This document shows positions 1 through 55,830 of a stretch of 57,830 nucleotides of DNA, piece after piece. The DNA lies in assembly GCA_030141605.1 (NCBI GenBank), contig JAQGDQ010001167.1, positions 1 to 57,830 of the forward strand, written 5' to 3'. The stretch is from Tubiluchus corallicola. Lineage: Eukaryota; Animalia; Priapulida. The notes below the pieces were generated by a model, which ran no database searches, was not told where the DNA came from, and saw nothing but the letters and a program-made list of their open reading frames with translations. Within the stretch, counting starts at the first letter, position 1. Each line of letters opens with the position of its first letter. The position numbers and the translations under genes are program-made.

Positions 1-2860
1 CAACAACTATCAACTCAGTATCTTAGGCGTAACGGAAGTGAGATGGACAGGAAGCGGAAACATCAAGAGTGGAGAAACAACCTTTCTGTATTCAGGACCA
101 GAGGAGGATCACCAGAGAGGTGTTGGTCTGATGCTGAACAAAGAGGCAGCAAAGACACTAATAGGATGGAACCCAGTCAGTGAGAGGATAATAACTGCCC
201 GAATGCAGTCAAGGCATGTGAAAACAACTATTGTTTGCATTTACGCACCAACTGAAGATACAGATGAACAAGTTAAAGATGATTTCTACCAACAATGTCA
301 AGATGTGCTGAATGACATCCCCAGCCATGACATCATTCTCCTCATGGGTGATATGAATGCAAAGATTGACAACAACAGACACGGATTGGAGCATGTAATC
401 GGGCCACATGGATCAGCTCAAGAAACAAACAACAATGGTGAACGGCTCCTGATGTTGTGCAATTTAAATGGACTGTGTATTGGAAATACTTATTTTGCCC
501 ACAAAACCATCCACAAGAAGACATGGAGGTCACCAGATGGAAATACACAGAACGAAATCGACTACATCTGTATCAGCAAGAGATGGAGATCAGCACTGAA
601 AGATGTGAAAGTATGTCGTGGAGCTGATGTGGGTTCTGACCACCACCTAGTTCAAGGAAAAGTGCAGCTCAAACTGAAAAAGATACAAAAGCCAAAAATC
701 ACAAGACCTTTTGCGGTTGAAAACCTGAAAGACCAACAAAAAGCAAGGAGTTTTGAACTTGCACTTAGCAACAAATTTGAACCACTACTACAAGCCAACG
801 ATATTGAAGAACAGTGGAAAATATTCAAAGAAGCAGTAACAGCAGTTGCAGATGAACAGATCGGCAGAAGAAGGGGTAACAGAAAAGAAATGTGGATACA
901 AGAAAAAACTTGGGAATTAATTGATGAAAGAAGAAGACTAAGCAAATGAGAGACCAAGCAAAAACACCAGAAAGCAGGAGTCAAGCCAATGAGCAGTACC
1001 AACTGGCAGATAGAGCAGTAAAAAGACGTTGCAGGAGGGACAAGAACGAATGGTTTGAAAAGAAGGGTGAAGAAGCACAGTTAGCAGCCAGCCATAATGA
1101 TACCAAGACTCTCTACAGAATTGTTAAAGATCTAACGGGAACAGGAGGCACCCCAGCTGTGCCAATCAAGAACAAAAGTGGTGTGACTCTCACAACAACA
1201 GAACAGCAAAACGCACGATGGGTGGAACACTTCAAGGAAGTTCTCAACCAGCCAAACCCAACAACATTATTCAATTTTGAAAATGAAATTGGACAACAAC
1301 AGCTAGATGTAAGATTGGACAACATCAGTGAACTGGAAGTCGAAACTGCCATCAAAAAACTAAAGAACAACAAAGCAGCTGGAGAGGACCAAATAACAGC
1401 TGAGTTCCTGAAACACGTTAATAAAGGGATAACACGATCAATGACAAAGCTCCTGAACAGCTGCTGGGAACAATAAAAGGTCCCCGAAGATTGGAGAAAT
1501 GGAGTCATCGTGAAGTTGCCTAAAAAAGGGAACCTGACAGATTGCAACAATTGGAGAGGAATAACTCTGATGTCAATACCTGGAAAAGTCCTGAGTATAG
1601 TGCTGCTAGATCGGTTGAGAGATGCTGTTGATATAAAACTAAGAGAACAACAAGCTGGATTTAGAAAAGGAAGATCATGCTGTGAACAGATATTCACTCT
1701 CAGAAACATCATTGAGCAATGTATGGAATTCCAACAGCCCTTATTAATCAATTTTATTGATTTCAAGAAGGCTTTTGACTCTGTTCACAGGCAGTCTCTA
1801 TGGAAAATTGCTTCTCTGTATGGTATCCCACAGAAATTCATTTCAACCATCCAGAACTTTTACCAAAACAGCGGCTGTTGTATAAGAACATAAGAGGGAA
1901 ACACCGAGTATTTCACCATCGAAACTGGAGTTAAGCAGGGTTGCATTATGTCGCCATTCCTGTTCCTACTGACGATTGATTTCATCATGAACAAGGCGGT
2001 TGATGGTAAAGATCTAGGAATGCAATGGAAACAACAACAACGATTGGCAGATCTGGACTTTGCTGACGATATAGCTCTTCTGGAAACATCAAAAGAAAGC
2101 CTGCAACAACTGACCACAAGTATGGAAGAAGTAGCGTGAAAAATTGGATTGAGAATTAGTCAAGAAAAGACCAAAGTTTTGAAAGTGTGGACAAACCAAC
2201 AGAATGATGTACATATAACAGTGGGAGGCCAAATGGTTAAGAACGTTACCAGTTTTTCATATCTGGGCAGTGTGATGACCTGTAATGGAGGTACAGAAAA
2301 TGACATCAGGGGGAGAATTGGCAAAGCAACAGCAGTATTTAGGAAGATGGGAAAAATCTGGACAAGCAAGAAAATTGACATGAAAATCAAACTTCGTCTG
2401 TACAACGCCATTGTGCTGCCAACGGCTCTCTATGCCAGCGAAACCTGGAAAGTCACAGCGGAGTTATCAAAGAAACTGAACGTCTTCCACCAAAAATGCC
2501 TTCGAAAGATACTAAAAATCTCCTACCGCGACCATGTCACCAATGTAGAAGTTCTTCAACGAGCGCAGTCATTGCGGTTACAAGATATAGTTACAGAGAG
2601 AAGAATGAAACTGGCTGGACATATTCTCCGTCTATCAGAAAGTCGCTACGCCAAAACAGCAGTACAGTGGGAACCACCTGGTGGGAAACGAAAAAGAGGT
2701 CGGCCAAAAACAACGTGGCGCAGATCCTTCAAAGAAGACCTTCGAGCTGTCAACAGACGTTGGGAAAACGTAGAGAACGAAGCCGCCGATAGAACTCAGT
2801 GGAAAATGCTGTCTGCCCAATGTGCATCAATGCGCAGGAAGGACTAAGGTCTAAGGTAAG
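1..2860 (+). mobile_element. RTE-clade non-LTR retrotransposon (APE endonuclease + reverse transcriptase); 5' end lies upstream of the window; inactivated
   Basis: ORFs 38-949, 946-1476, 1510-1893, 1948-2139 and 2149-2847 join into one polyprotein. Endonuclease motifs: YAPTE, GDMNAK, IDYI, SDHHLV. RT motifs: NWRGITL, QAGFR, FIDFKKAFDSV, GVKQG..MSP, DLDFADD. RTE-type C-terminus: GHILR...RGRPKTTW. Lesions: one frameshift near 945 and in-frame stops at 1474, 1891 and 2137. Ends in a short CTAAGGT tandem tail overlapping the stop codon. Confidence 0.95.
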
Positions 2861-2902
2861 GAACATACTGCCTCTCTCCCTCTCTCTCTCTCTCTCTCTT
2901 GC

Positions 2903-3870
2903 CGCACGCACGCTGGTTGAAAGTGTCAAGCAGTTGCGTGGTAAGTGGGAGACCATTCTCGTGGAATGTAAGAATGTAGCGAGCGGCTTCGAATTACCTT
3001 GCAGTTTCGCAGCGACAAGAAAATTGTCCGCTGAAGATGCTGAGCAGAAGTTCAAAGTTAACGTGTTTTTTGTGATTTTAGATTCAGTTTTAAGTGGCCT
3101 ATCGCGGCGTTTCAAGCTTTAGATCAAATTTGTGAGACGTTCGGTTTTTTGTGGAAATTTCATATTCTTGAGGAGAGCGATCTCAGAACCATTGCCACAA
3201 ATTTCCAAAAAAAGTATTCAAAACATGTGTCTAAAGATGTTGTAGATGAAACATGCTTTTTGAATCGTATTTTAGCCGAGCATTTTGAAGAATGTACGAC
3301 ACCAAAAAAATTGTTGGACCGATTTATTGCACTGAAACTAGTCGAAGTCTCTCCAAATATTGTGGTCGCACTTCGCATTTTCTTATCAATGCCAGTTTCC
3401 GTTTCCGTTTCGTCAGGTGAACGCTCTTTCAGTGCGTTAAAAATATCAAAACCGACAATCGGTCGACGATGACTCAGGAACGGTTAAACGGTCTTCTGTC
3501 AATTATTCGAATGAATGTAGCAACAGGCTTTGATTTTAACGATAACTTTGCGAAGCAAAAAGTCAGAAGACGGATTGTACGTAAATGAGAGTACGGCATT
3601 ACATATTGCAAAGATGTTTTTAATTTGACTACTTGACAAGTATTAAGGACTGGTTTTGTGAATAAAGCAGTTTTTCTTTCAACTGTTCTTTCCTTTAACA
3701 ATTGTATAACTCCATATTTTCTCTTCGAAAATGCTTCTCCGGCGTTCTAGCAGTTCAAAAATTTGCTAGGCGCCAACCATGGTGGCGCCCACCCCCCGGC
3801 GCATTGTGCCCCCCGAGGGGGCCTCACACGCTCCACTTCCCCGGGCCTCGCTTAGACTGAAATAGGCCCT
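2903..3870 (+). mobile_element. Degenerate hAT DNA transposon, 3' part (dimerisation domain remnant and right terminus)
   Basis: ORF 3149-3472 has PNIVVALRIFLSMPVS..SSGERSFSALK, followed after a frameshift by MTQERLNGLLS, the typical hAT C-terminal dimerisation region. A GC-rich subterminal region ends in TAGGCCCTG at 3870 (CAGGGCCTA-type TIR). Confidence 0.8.
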
Positions 3871-3871
3871 G

Positions 3872-3926
<55 letters not shown>

Positions 3927-3950
3927 GTACTACTACTACTAATAATAATA
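3872..3950. repeat. (CTA)n microsatellite
   Basis: Direct reading of the tandem trinucleotide. Confidence 0.95.
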
Positions 3951-4180
3951 ATTCGCTCCGCCAGTTTGTCCTTCGCCAGCGGGGAATGACTCTGTTACGC
4001 CACCTGGCTGGAATAAAGTAACAAAAACACCACGTGGCTGAACGCACATTTTTGAGTTTCCACGTACGTTGCTAGTACGTTCGCTCGACCAAATAGCGTA
4101 GATTTGTCTCATGAAATGCAAACTCAAATGCAAGTATCTTCTGTTAGTTCTGTATAATTTAAAATTACAGCTAAAAGTTG

Positions 4181-4290
4181 AATAACTACAACAACAACGA
4201 CAAAAACAACAAGAACAAGAACAACAATAATAACAACAACAACAACAACAACAATAACAACAACAACAACAACAATAATAATAATAATAA

Positions 4291-4380
<90 letters not shown>

Positions 4381-4413
4381 CAACAACAACAACAACAACA
4401 ACAATAATAATAA
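4181..4413. repeat. Compound (AAC)n/(AAT)n microsatellite
   Basis: Direct reading; it produces the spurious poly-N, poly-L and poly-Y ORFs. Confidence 0.95.
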
Positions 4414-4978
4414 TTAACATTAATGATAATTTCCTTTATGACATAGTCGAGGGATGACACATTAAGTAATTGAATACTTATTTCCAAGGTAGTCCTATTT
4501 ACCAGCGTGTTACTCTCGATAAACCCGAATGTTTGGTCGAAGAACCAGCGATACCATTTTTAACCTTTTTGGCATTCGGCGCCATTCTATTTAACAGAAA
4601 AAATGAATGCCAAGGTTTTCAGGTGGGTTGTTCGATCATACCCTTTAAGACTGAAGGTTGTTCAAGACATGCGAAGCTTTCATTGCAGGCGTGATAGATT
4701 TGCTATTGTTTACTACCCACTACCGAAACTTCTTAAAGCAAATATAAGTCTCCATTAAACATCGGTTAGCCACGAGAAATGTGTAAGAAGGTGTCAGTGA
4801 TTGGTACTACTTTGGTATTTAGGTTAAACGACCTGTCAACAACATTCATATCTATTCTATAATCAATCTATAAGTGTCTGATATCAAACATGCCCTGGGT
4901 TTTTCCCAACAAGTGTTGTTATGAAAACTATGTTACTTCTGGCTACACGCTCTGCATTGATTGTTGTGGTTTGTAGGG

Positions 4979-5953
4979 CATAGGACTGTTGTCAATTTAA
5001 AAAGTATAGGATTGTTGTCATTCTATAAGACATAGGACTGTTGCCATTCTATAAGACATAGGACTGTTGTCATTCTATAAGACATAGGACTGTTGCCATT
5101 CTATAAGACATAGGACTGTTGTCATTCTATAAGACATAGGACTGTTGTCATTCTATAAGACATAGGACTGTTGTCATTCTATAAGACATAGGACTGTTGT
5201 CATTCTATAAGACATAGGACTGTTGCCATTCCATAAGACATAGGACTGTTGTCATTCTATAAGACATAGGACTGTTGTCATTCTATAAGACATAGGACTG
5301 TTGTCATTCGATAAGACATAGGACTGTTGTCATTCGATAAGACATAGGGCTGTTGTCATTCTATAAGACATAGGACTGTTGTCATTCGATAAGACATAGG
5401 GCTGTTGTCATTCTATAAGACATAGGACTGTTGTCATTCTATAAGACATAGGACTGTTGTCATTCGATAAGACATAGGACTGTTGTCATTCGATAAGACA
5501 TAGGACTGTTGTCATTCTATAAGACATAGGGCTGTTGTCATTCTATAAGACATAGGACTGTTGTCATTCGATAAGACATAGGACTGTTGTCATTCTATAA
5601 GACATAGGACTGTTGTCATTCTATAAGACATAGGACTGTTGCCATTCCATAAGACATAGGACTGTTGTCATTCTATAAGACATAGGACTGTTGTCATTCT
5701 ATAAGACATAGGACTGTTGTCATTCGATAAGACATAGGACTGTTGTCATTCGATAAGACATAGGGCTGTTGTCATTCTATAAGACATAGGACTGTTGTCA
5801 TTCTATAAGACATAGGGCTGTTGTCATTCGATAAGACATAGGATTGTAGTCATTCGATAAGACATAGGACTGTTGTCATTCGATAAGACATACTGTTGTC
5901 ATTCGATAAGACATAGGACTGTTGTCATTCTATAAGACATAGGACTGTTGTCC
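4979..5953. repeat. 26-bp minisatellite (CATAGGACTGTTGTCATTCTATAAGA), about 37 copies
   Basis: Unit recurs every 26 nt (e.g. 5031, 5057) with few variants and no unique spacers. Confidence 0.95.
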
Positions 5954-6404
5954 ATTGGTGCAGGAATTTTAAATTTTGCTTTTTTGTTAATAAATTCTTG
6001 TGCTTACAATCCTAAAACAAACTGGAAACGATGTGTTGTTATTTAAATCAACATTTCTGACTATTTACTTTTGATTTAAGTCTTAGTTGTAGACACGATC
6101 ATTAGCTCTACAGTATAAACCATAATTAAATGTATTCGTAATTGATCTGGTCATGTATTATTTATACGGAGGCGCGTCGTAGTAAGCATGCACGGGGCTT
6201 TTTTATAATCGATTTTATCTTCGCCGAGTTACGCTGTCAAGGGGTGAATCATCACAGGTGTTTGTGTGCTTAACCAGGTAATAACAAGGTAAGATGTCCA
6301 CGGTGCACGCTGTAGTTGTAAATAATAGTTCGATTAGTCACTATTTAAACAATGCTGTTCTAACTAGGAATTTTATCTTGTAATAAATTTTATATGTATT
6401 TCAG

Positions 6405-16639
<10,235 letters not shown>

Positions 16640-17612
16640 TAGACTATGTCTAATTATGTAAAAAATTAGATAATTCCTAAGTCATGGATTACAGTTTTGG
16701 GCCTATTGATTATGAATCGGAAGCAATGCTAAGTATAAGTAATTTAGCTATAAAACAGCCCGGGGAGCTGGCAGCGTAAGCGGAGAGGAACTAACCATTT
16801 TATTTCAGTGCTGTAGTTTATTTGGTAGCTGTTAAACATAATTACTATGTGAAATGTGTTGTTATATCTCCAAAAATACGTTTTTTCATTAGCTTAAACA
16901 AGTGCTAATGTCAGTTTGAATCAACTGCTAAGTTATTAAAAACAGATTCTTGAGAAGTCAACGGTGAAGGAACTCTTGAAGTAATTTAGACAGTAACGAT
17001 TTTAAGCTAAGAAATACTTGTTTTCTGACGTTAGGTCTCGCTCGGCCGTGAGCATAAGTATTTCCTTAAAATTTCCCCAGAAACTACCACACTCACGTGA
17101 ACGGGTTCAGTGTGTGAACACCCCCTTGCATAAATGTGACATATGGTATGTTGGTTTTGTAGCTTGATACAAATTTGTGTATGTAAAAAACAATTTATTT
17201 GGTAATAATGGTGTACGTGCTTCAGCCTCCATTTGTTGAGGCAAATTTATTTTTCTCTTGCCATTTTGTAATAGTTGTTAAAAGTATTTTTTGAAAGTAC
17301 TAGGTGAATATGTTTTTACGTGCATGGAACATAATTTCATTGGATATTTTTAGATAGCATTATGATGCTCTTACGTTAGTGTTGTACAACGTGGCCATTT
17401 AAGTGACTGTGATTTTGACAATTTGCATGTAAACGAATTTTTAATCCCATTGCTCTGATATAATATTATGCATAACTATCCGTCCTGGGCCTCATTGCCT
17501 TTAATTTGTCAATGATCGTTTGTGCAGGTGATTTCTATACCTTGTGCAGATGCTGATTTGATAATCTTTGTAACTCGACTTTTAGAATTTTGTAACTCTT
17601 TCATTGTTAAAT

Positions 17613-18000
17613 AATAAACCTTTTCACAGTTCCAGCGATTGACGATGATCGTGAAAAAGTCAGATGTTAAGTGCACCGGACAGGCAACGTATTTGTGTAC
17701 ACTTGAGAACGCCTGGCAGCCCGTGCTGTTGTCATAGTAACGTAGTTCACGCTTTCTTGTTCCCAAGTAAAATCCTGCTAGTAAATCACTCTATGCACAG
17801 ACTAATGTATAACTTTAATTAAGCATAATTAAGTAAAGACCACGTAAAACAACTGAAGCTACTGAACTGATGCGGAAAACGTCTTTGCTTTATCCGCATG
17901 ACACGAGACGGTTGTAGTTAACACGCGTTGCTGTGGTACACTTAACCATTGACCTGCAGCAGCTGCGCGTGCGCACAACGAAACTATGAAAAGGCTTATT
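17613..18000 (+). mobile_element. MITE family M1 copy 2
   Basis: AATAAACCTTTTCACAGTT ... AACTATGAAAAGGCTTATT termini. Confidence 0.9.
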
Positions 18001-18412
18001 ATTGTGTTGTACCCAATGTTCATTATCTAACAGCAGCAAAACTTGTACTGCTGCTGCAACATAGCAAACCGGTAATAATCTAGCAAATAACTAAACACGT
18101 GCATTTTTAGATACACGCTGTTTGTCATAGGTGGAGTCGTATTTACTGATTTATAATAAAGATAATAGAGCATAGACTCAATGCTTTATTTACTTTGCGT
18201 GGAATAAAATAGTGGAAACCCGCAATATTATATTTGCTCACTTTTAACATAACACGGCACTTTGCTATACTGTCGTATGCAATCACCGAGACGTCTCACG
18301 AGTTTATCTTATTTAACACCAGGGTGTGCTAAAGTTTGGTGCGTTTGATTAGAAACTGTACGCATGCGTGAAAATTGCAACGTTAAAGTTGAGTAGAGTA
18401 TATTAAAAAATG

Positions 18413-18469
18413 GGGAAATGATTTCCCGGAAAGGAAATGTCAAAAAAGGAAATGATTTCCCGGAAAGGA
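18413..18469. promoter_or_regulatory. Tandem palindromic STAT (GAS) consensus sites TTCCCGGAA x2 within a 22-bp direct repeat
   Basis: GGAAATGATTTCCCGGAAAGGA occurs at 18414 and 18448; function is inferred from the consensus only. Confidence 0.4.
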
Positions 18470-19550
18470 TAAGTTTTAGTGAAGCAAATTGTGAATGTTA
18501 TCTAGCAGTGCTTACGTTCACTACGTCTTTGTTATTTTGTACTGTAACTTAATTTAATTAATCTTTTCCCAATTTTTTAAAATTTTGATTGATGTTGCTT
18601 TATTCAACGATGTTTTTTGTACAGTAACTAATGCTTTCCATATATTTAGCATATTTTAACGAATTTGTAAGGAAACATTTATATTTTATTAAAAAGAATC
18701 GAACGGTGTGCGATTTTACAATTTTTTGCTGTCATCAGCTGCAAAAGGTGTTTTTGAATTACGTCTATTATCTGAATCTTCTTATGGTTTATCATTTCAT
18801 CCACACAGCTGTTGATGGCGCTGCTGTAGCGTTTGGTATGTTGGGCCAATGAATGGTTAAAACATGGTCAAATAGTAATAATTATCATTTTTTCATAAAA
18901 TGCTCTCTTACTTTTGTACTATTTTGTAATTTGCCGTGTAGCGCACGTCACATAATTTGATGAAGTATTGACAATTATAGACTATAGCTGCCCCACCTGG
19001 TGGGGGTTTTCTGTATAAAGCGTTCTCAGCTTGTTCACTTTATTGTTAAACACTAGCAATGTGCTTTTTTACCTTTGTAATTTTTGCAAGATTATTTTAA
19101 TCTAGAATTTTAATGACGAGTTAAAGTGTTAATCTAGTACACGTGGCAAATAAAAGCAATGTGATTTCTACTACTAATGTAGAAATAATCCCAGACATTT
19201 GAATATCATTTGTTCTTGCACAAATTACGAAGTTTTCGTGGGCACTATTACTGTGTTGTGTGTTAAATTTTAAGTTTTAAGCAGAACTATAAATTTTGTT
19301 AAACAATGTATTGTACGAACAATCTATTGTACAAACAATGTATTGTACAAACAATGTATTTTTTGTTAGTGATGTAAACGCTGGTCGTTGCATCTTCTTG
19401 TTACAATGTTTTACTGTAAATGCAGAGGGAAAATGATCGATTATAGGCTTTGCATAGTATTTTTGCAATATTGCAATAATTTATATATTTTGAATTGGAA
19501 ACAGGAACTTGTAAATAACATTGAATTCTTTGTAAAAGATACACATTATT

Positions 19551-19557
19551 TAATAAA
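19551..19557 (+). promoter_or_regulatory. Candidate polyadenylation signal of the membrane-protein gene
   Basis: AATAAA followed by a T/GT-rich tract near 19598-19610, at the end of an AT-rich UTR-like stretch. Other AATAAA sites exist upstream. Confidence 0.35.
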
Positions 19558-19774
19558 GCGTTGAAAGTGCAAATAATGCAATTTCGTGTGAGGAAATTTT
19601 GTTGTTTTTCACATCAAAGGCTTGGATAATTTGATAAGGATGAGAAAATGAAATCGAATTTTCGGTTAACAAACCGTGTGTCTTTCGTCTCAATGTATTT
19701 AGGTTCAAATTTACTGTCTAGCTACGTCTTTGTTTAAGCTTAAAGTACAAGAAAACCCTCCACTTACATAAAGC

Positions 19775-20383
19775 TCAAAGGAAGACAGGATGATTTTTCA
19801 TATACTACCACACATTTGCAAGGCCGCTAAAAAGTATACATTTTAACACAATTAATACGCCTTTTTAAAAGCGTTTCTGCTAATTAAATTCTAGATTAAA
19901 ATCTTAATTAACGGCAGGCGAGCCCAACTATTGATGACATCACAAATTAACATAATTTTCAACAGCAAAAACTATCAACGAGCGTGTTGCACGCGTGTTT
20001 GCGAAAGCGAAAATTAAATTCAGTGCTACTGTAAGATATTCAGTGTGTTGTACTAAAGCTAGGCAGGTTTTAAGATGAAAATTCAAATTTACCGCTGTCC
20101 AACGTCACAATCGTCACAAACTAACACATCTGAACTGAGAGACACAGCACCTGTTTTTGTGTAATTCGTTTCCGAAATGCAGGAGCTAGTGCCGGTCTAA
20201 CTGGCGAATGGCGAAATGCATGTGACCGCGAAGAACCAGTGGTGCGAACGCGAAATTGTGTTTGTGATATAATAATTCTTTCACGAAAGTCATTTTTGAA
20301 AAAACAGTATGTTTCGTTTCAATATTTAAAAGAGTAGATTGTTTTGATCTACAGTTCAAGATTGGGTCCGGTTTTGCTTTTAA
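19775..20383 (+). mobile_element. Kolobok-like non-autonomous element, family K1 copy 1
   Basis: AAGGAAGACAGGATGATTTTTCA ... GGTCCGGTTTTGCTTTTAA; body shared with the copies at 32710, 41166 and 54350. AG termini with TTAA flanks suggest Kolobok (inference). Confidence 0.75.
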
Positions 20384-20439
20384 AATTCGTTTTGAAATTT
20401 TATGCCACTTACGTACTGCCTTTTTTCATTCAGGGCTGA

Positions 20440-21026
20440 TGTCGGCAGTAACGCTGCATAAAACTTGTAAATTTAAACTTTGAAATTGTTAGATGCAGCC
20501 ATTTTGCTGGTAGGTCGTTTGAAACAAGTTTAGATAACACTGAACAAGTTTAAAAAAATAATCAGAGCATTCGTAGTGCACTAGTCACTAACTAAATAAA
20601 ATTTAAAGTTACTGTATCTTGTCAGTAAGATTAAAAATACGTTTTTGGTTAGTGAGTGTTGCACCCTGGAGGGTGAGTCATTTTACCAATTGGTGAAAAC
20701 ATTTTAAATAATTAATAATTTTCTTTCCTAGTTACATGAGTCTTTCTAGCAGATAAGCGAAAATCTAGGTAATATAGATTCGCACGGAAAGTCTTTTGAG
20801 ATATAATTTAACATTGCCTTTTCTTCCCTTGATTTACGTTTGCGTATATGACGTCATGTAATGGCAACTTCGGAACAGTATTGCGGGAGATTTAAAATGA
20901 AAACAAGCTAAAATTCCTTTCAGTGCGAGTAAGATATACGCATAAAATTGCTATAAAGTAATACAGTTTTTAAGGTTCTTTTTTGAAAACCTACTTCAGG
21001 TGCCTCTTTTCTTCTCCTTTTAATTA
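20440..21026 (+). mobile_element. Dispersed non-autonomous element, family K2
   Basis: GAAACAAGTTTAGATAACA...AATCAGAGCATTCGTAG is shared with 53683-53740; the 3' part is shared with 13508-13728. Confidence 0.65.
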
Positions 21027-21087
21027 ATTGATCTGTCTTAGATTAACACCCAGAAACACATTCTACAAGCTGCGGCTGTCACAGTTA

Positions 21088-21670
21088 CAGCGCGTTCAGA
21101 CTAGCCGCGGATTTTCTATCTGGCAGCAAACTTGCAAGTGTGAACTGCGTTAAGAGTTACTGTCAGTAAGTTATTGCAAGACTGCCTATCGTTGTTGAAA
21201 GTTGATTTACTGCCTAGTGTGAACACCACGGTGAGTTACTCTCAGCACTTCTCGCAGTGAATAGAGAAGTGAGCGTCGTAGAGTAACTCGCAGCAAGTTT
21301 TGTTCTCTAGTGTGAACGCCACGGTGAGTTACTCTCAGCACTTCTCGCAGCGGATAGAGAAGTGAGCGTCGTAGAGTAACTCGCAGCAAGTTTTGTTCTC
21401 TAGTGTGAATGCCACGGTGAGTTACTCTCAGCACTACTCGCAGCAATTACAGAAGTGAGCGTCGTAGAGTAACTCGCAGTAAGTTTTGCTTTCTAGTGTG
21501 AACGCCACGAGGAGTTACTCTCAGCACTTCTCACAGCTAATAAAGTGTGTGTCAGTTCGCGCTTACTGTCAGAGAGTAACTCGCAGCAAGTTTTGCTCTC
21601 TAGTTGTGGTCGCTTGCGAGTTACCTAGCGAGTTTACATGGCGTGAAAACTCGGTTTTGTGAACGCACCG
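21088..21670 (+). mobile_element. PIF/Harbinger-like MITE with an internal 93-bp tandem array (about 4 copies)
   Basis: TTA|CAGCGCGTTCAGAC ... GTGAACGCACCG|TTA (imperfect TIR, TTA duplication); CTAGTGTGAA recurs at 21214, 21307, 21400 and 21493. Confidence 0.75.
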
Positions 21671-21931
21671 TTAGAATTTATGCAATTGATATCGCGGTTA
21701 TAATGTCCTTGCGAAACAGTACCATGTACCGCAGATGTTTATCATAGGGAACATCTACACAGAGATGTTTTGAAGGTTGTTAACAACAGGCGCAGTAGCG
21801 TCTGATTACATGATAGATAGCTTAGAACGGGTCTTTAGTTGTTTACTTTCTTGAGAACGCACAAACACATCTTGTTTTTGACTGGGAGAAAAATTAGGAC
21901 ATTGATATATGACTTCATGTGAATTATAGTT

Positions 21932-22170
21932 AAACCAACGCAAAGCTTCAGGCCTGCTTACAGGCCCATTCAACCAACGCAAAGTTTCAGGCCTGCTTAT
22001 GGGCCTATTCAACCAACGCAGAACTTCAGGCCTATTCAACCAACGCAAAGCTTCTTCAGGCCTGCTTAGGCCTACTCAACCAACGCAAAACTGTAGGCCT
22101 ACTTATAGGCCTATTCGACCAACGCAAACCTTCAGGCCTGCTTATGGGCCTTAGGTTTAGGCCTGTAAGC
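21932..22170. repeat. Degenerate ~39-bp tandem repeat (AACCAACGCAAAGCTTCAGGCCTGCTTATGGGCCTATTC)
   Basis: AACCAACGC recurs at 21933, 21972, 22011 and onward. Confidence 0.85.
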
Positions 22171-22791
22171 GGCTCTGAGTTTGTTTAACAGTAACCCAAA
22201 TTGTCCTAAGCGATAGTGGGGCTGAAATTTAAATAAGCACTGCAATAGTAATGATAATAAAAGTAATTCTCTGTCAGACAAATTTTGAAGGTTGAACTTG
22301 CACAGTTTTAGCGGGTTACTATGTTTTAAGCTTACAATTTCTATTCAACTGCATTTAGAAAGCTGTATGGCATATACCTATTACTGTCATTCTACCAAAG
22401 CACAGCAACGAGCTCGCACCGATTGCAGTAGCCCTGAGCGTCATCTAATAAGTGGAGTGAAGTAGGTAAGAAAATGATATCTAGGGCTTAAAACAAAAAG
22501 ATGATGACTACGTCAAATATTTAACGGCTAGTGAACAAATGTATCGAATAATTGCTTTTTTTACATAAATATTATTATAATAAAATGACTTTAATATTAC
22601 TGTATCGTAAGCAGCGCACACTGCAGAAAATGTTTTTATAACGAGACTTATAGATTCTCAGAATAATTATGAAAAAGATTCAATTCCGCGTAACAAAAAT
22701 AAAAGCTACAAGATAAGACCTTTCAGACTGAAAATAATCCGTCCTGTAAAAATAATGCCACAATTGTCTTACTGTTTTCTATCGACATGTA

Positions 22792-23111
22792 AATAAGCCT
22801 TTTCACAGTTTCCTTGTGCGCATGCGCAATTGCTGTTTGTCAAAGGTTAGGTACACCACAGTAAAGCGTCTTAACTACAACCGTCACGTGACATGTGGAG
22901 AAAGCAAAGCCATCTGCGGCGCCAGTTCAGTAACTTCAGTTGTATCTTCAGGAAAAAAGGTAGGGTTCTAGCTAACTGTTAAAATTGTTACTATTACAGT
23001 AGCTTGAGATGCGAGGCGTTGTCACGTGTACACAAATGCGCTGTCTGGTATACTTAAACTCTGACATTTTTACGATCGTCACCAATCGCTGGAACTGTGA
23101 AAAGGTCTATT
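22792..23111 (-). mobile_element. MITE family M1 copy 3 (inverted)
   Basis: Same TIRs; body is the reverse complement of copies 1 and 2. Confidence 0.85.
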
Positions 23112-23404
23112 GATAACATAAGAACCTTTAACTGAATTGCAAATTCACTTAACCATTAATAGCTGCATAATAGCTATAGCTACAGAAACGTACAGTTATA
23201 TTTTGTAGTTGATTGATATCCTTGCATAAAAACTTCTTGCACTTTACTCAAAGAATTCATTTAGGCTTGGTGAGCTGAACAATGGAGGCACGAAAACCGA
23301 TGACGTCATTCGCGGAATTCAAAGCTGTTAGTTTATTTTGAAGACGACTTTTATAGTAACCTTGGTCTGCAGTACTGAGCAATTATAGACTATTAAACAC
23401 TTTA

Positions 23405-55637
<32,233 letters not shown>

Positions 55638-55830
55638 CTAAAGGCAAACGAACGAATTAAACTCAAGTGATCGTTGGTGCTCTTAGCAAAATGATTGTAT
55701 TCATGAAGCCAGATCCGAGAAACCACTAACAGATTTGTAATTTTGAAATATGACGTGTTTAGATTATAGATAACAATAATGCGAGCAGTGAACAGGTATG
55801 TTACTAAATTATTGAGTGAATGTATTACAC

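Noticed and set aside
1474-2139. In-frame stops in the LINE as programmed readthrough or selenocysteine
   Set aside because: Mixed TAA and TGA stops plus a frameshift fit ordinary decay; no recoding signal is evident.
4921-4983. Signal-peptide-like MKTMLLLATRSALIVVVCRA as the first exon of the receptor
   Set aside because: Ends in TAG at the minisatellite edge with no convincing donor.
4979-5953. CRISPR-like regular 26-bp repeats
   Set aside because: Units are head-to-tail with no unique spacers, there are no cas genes, and the context is eukaryotic.
6240-6295. Upstream coding exon using the donor-like CAG|GTAATA or AAG|GTAAGA
   Set aside because: No open frame from an ATG reaches either site in the required phase; it could be non-coding but cannot be supported.
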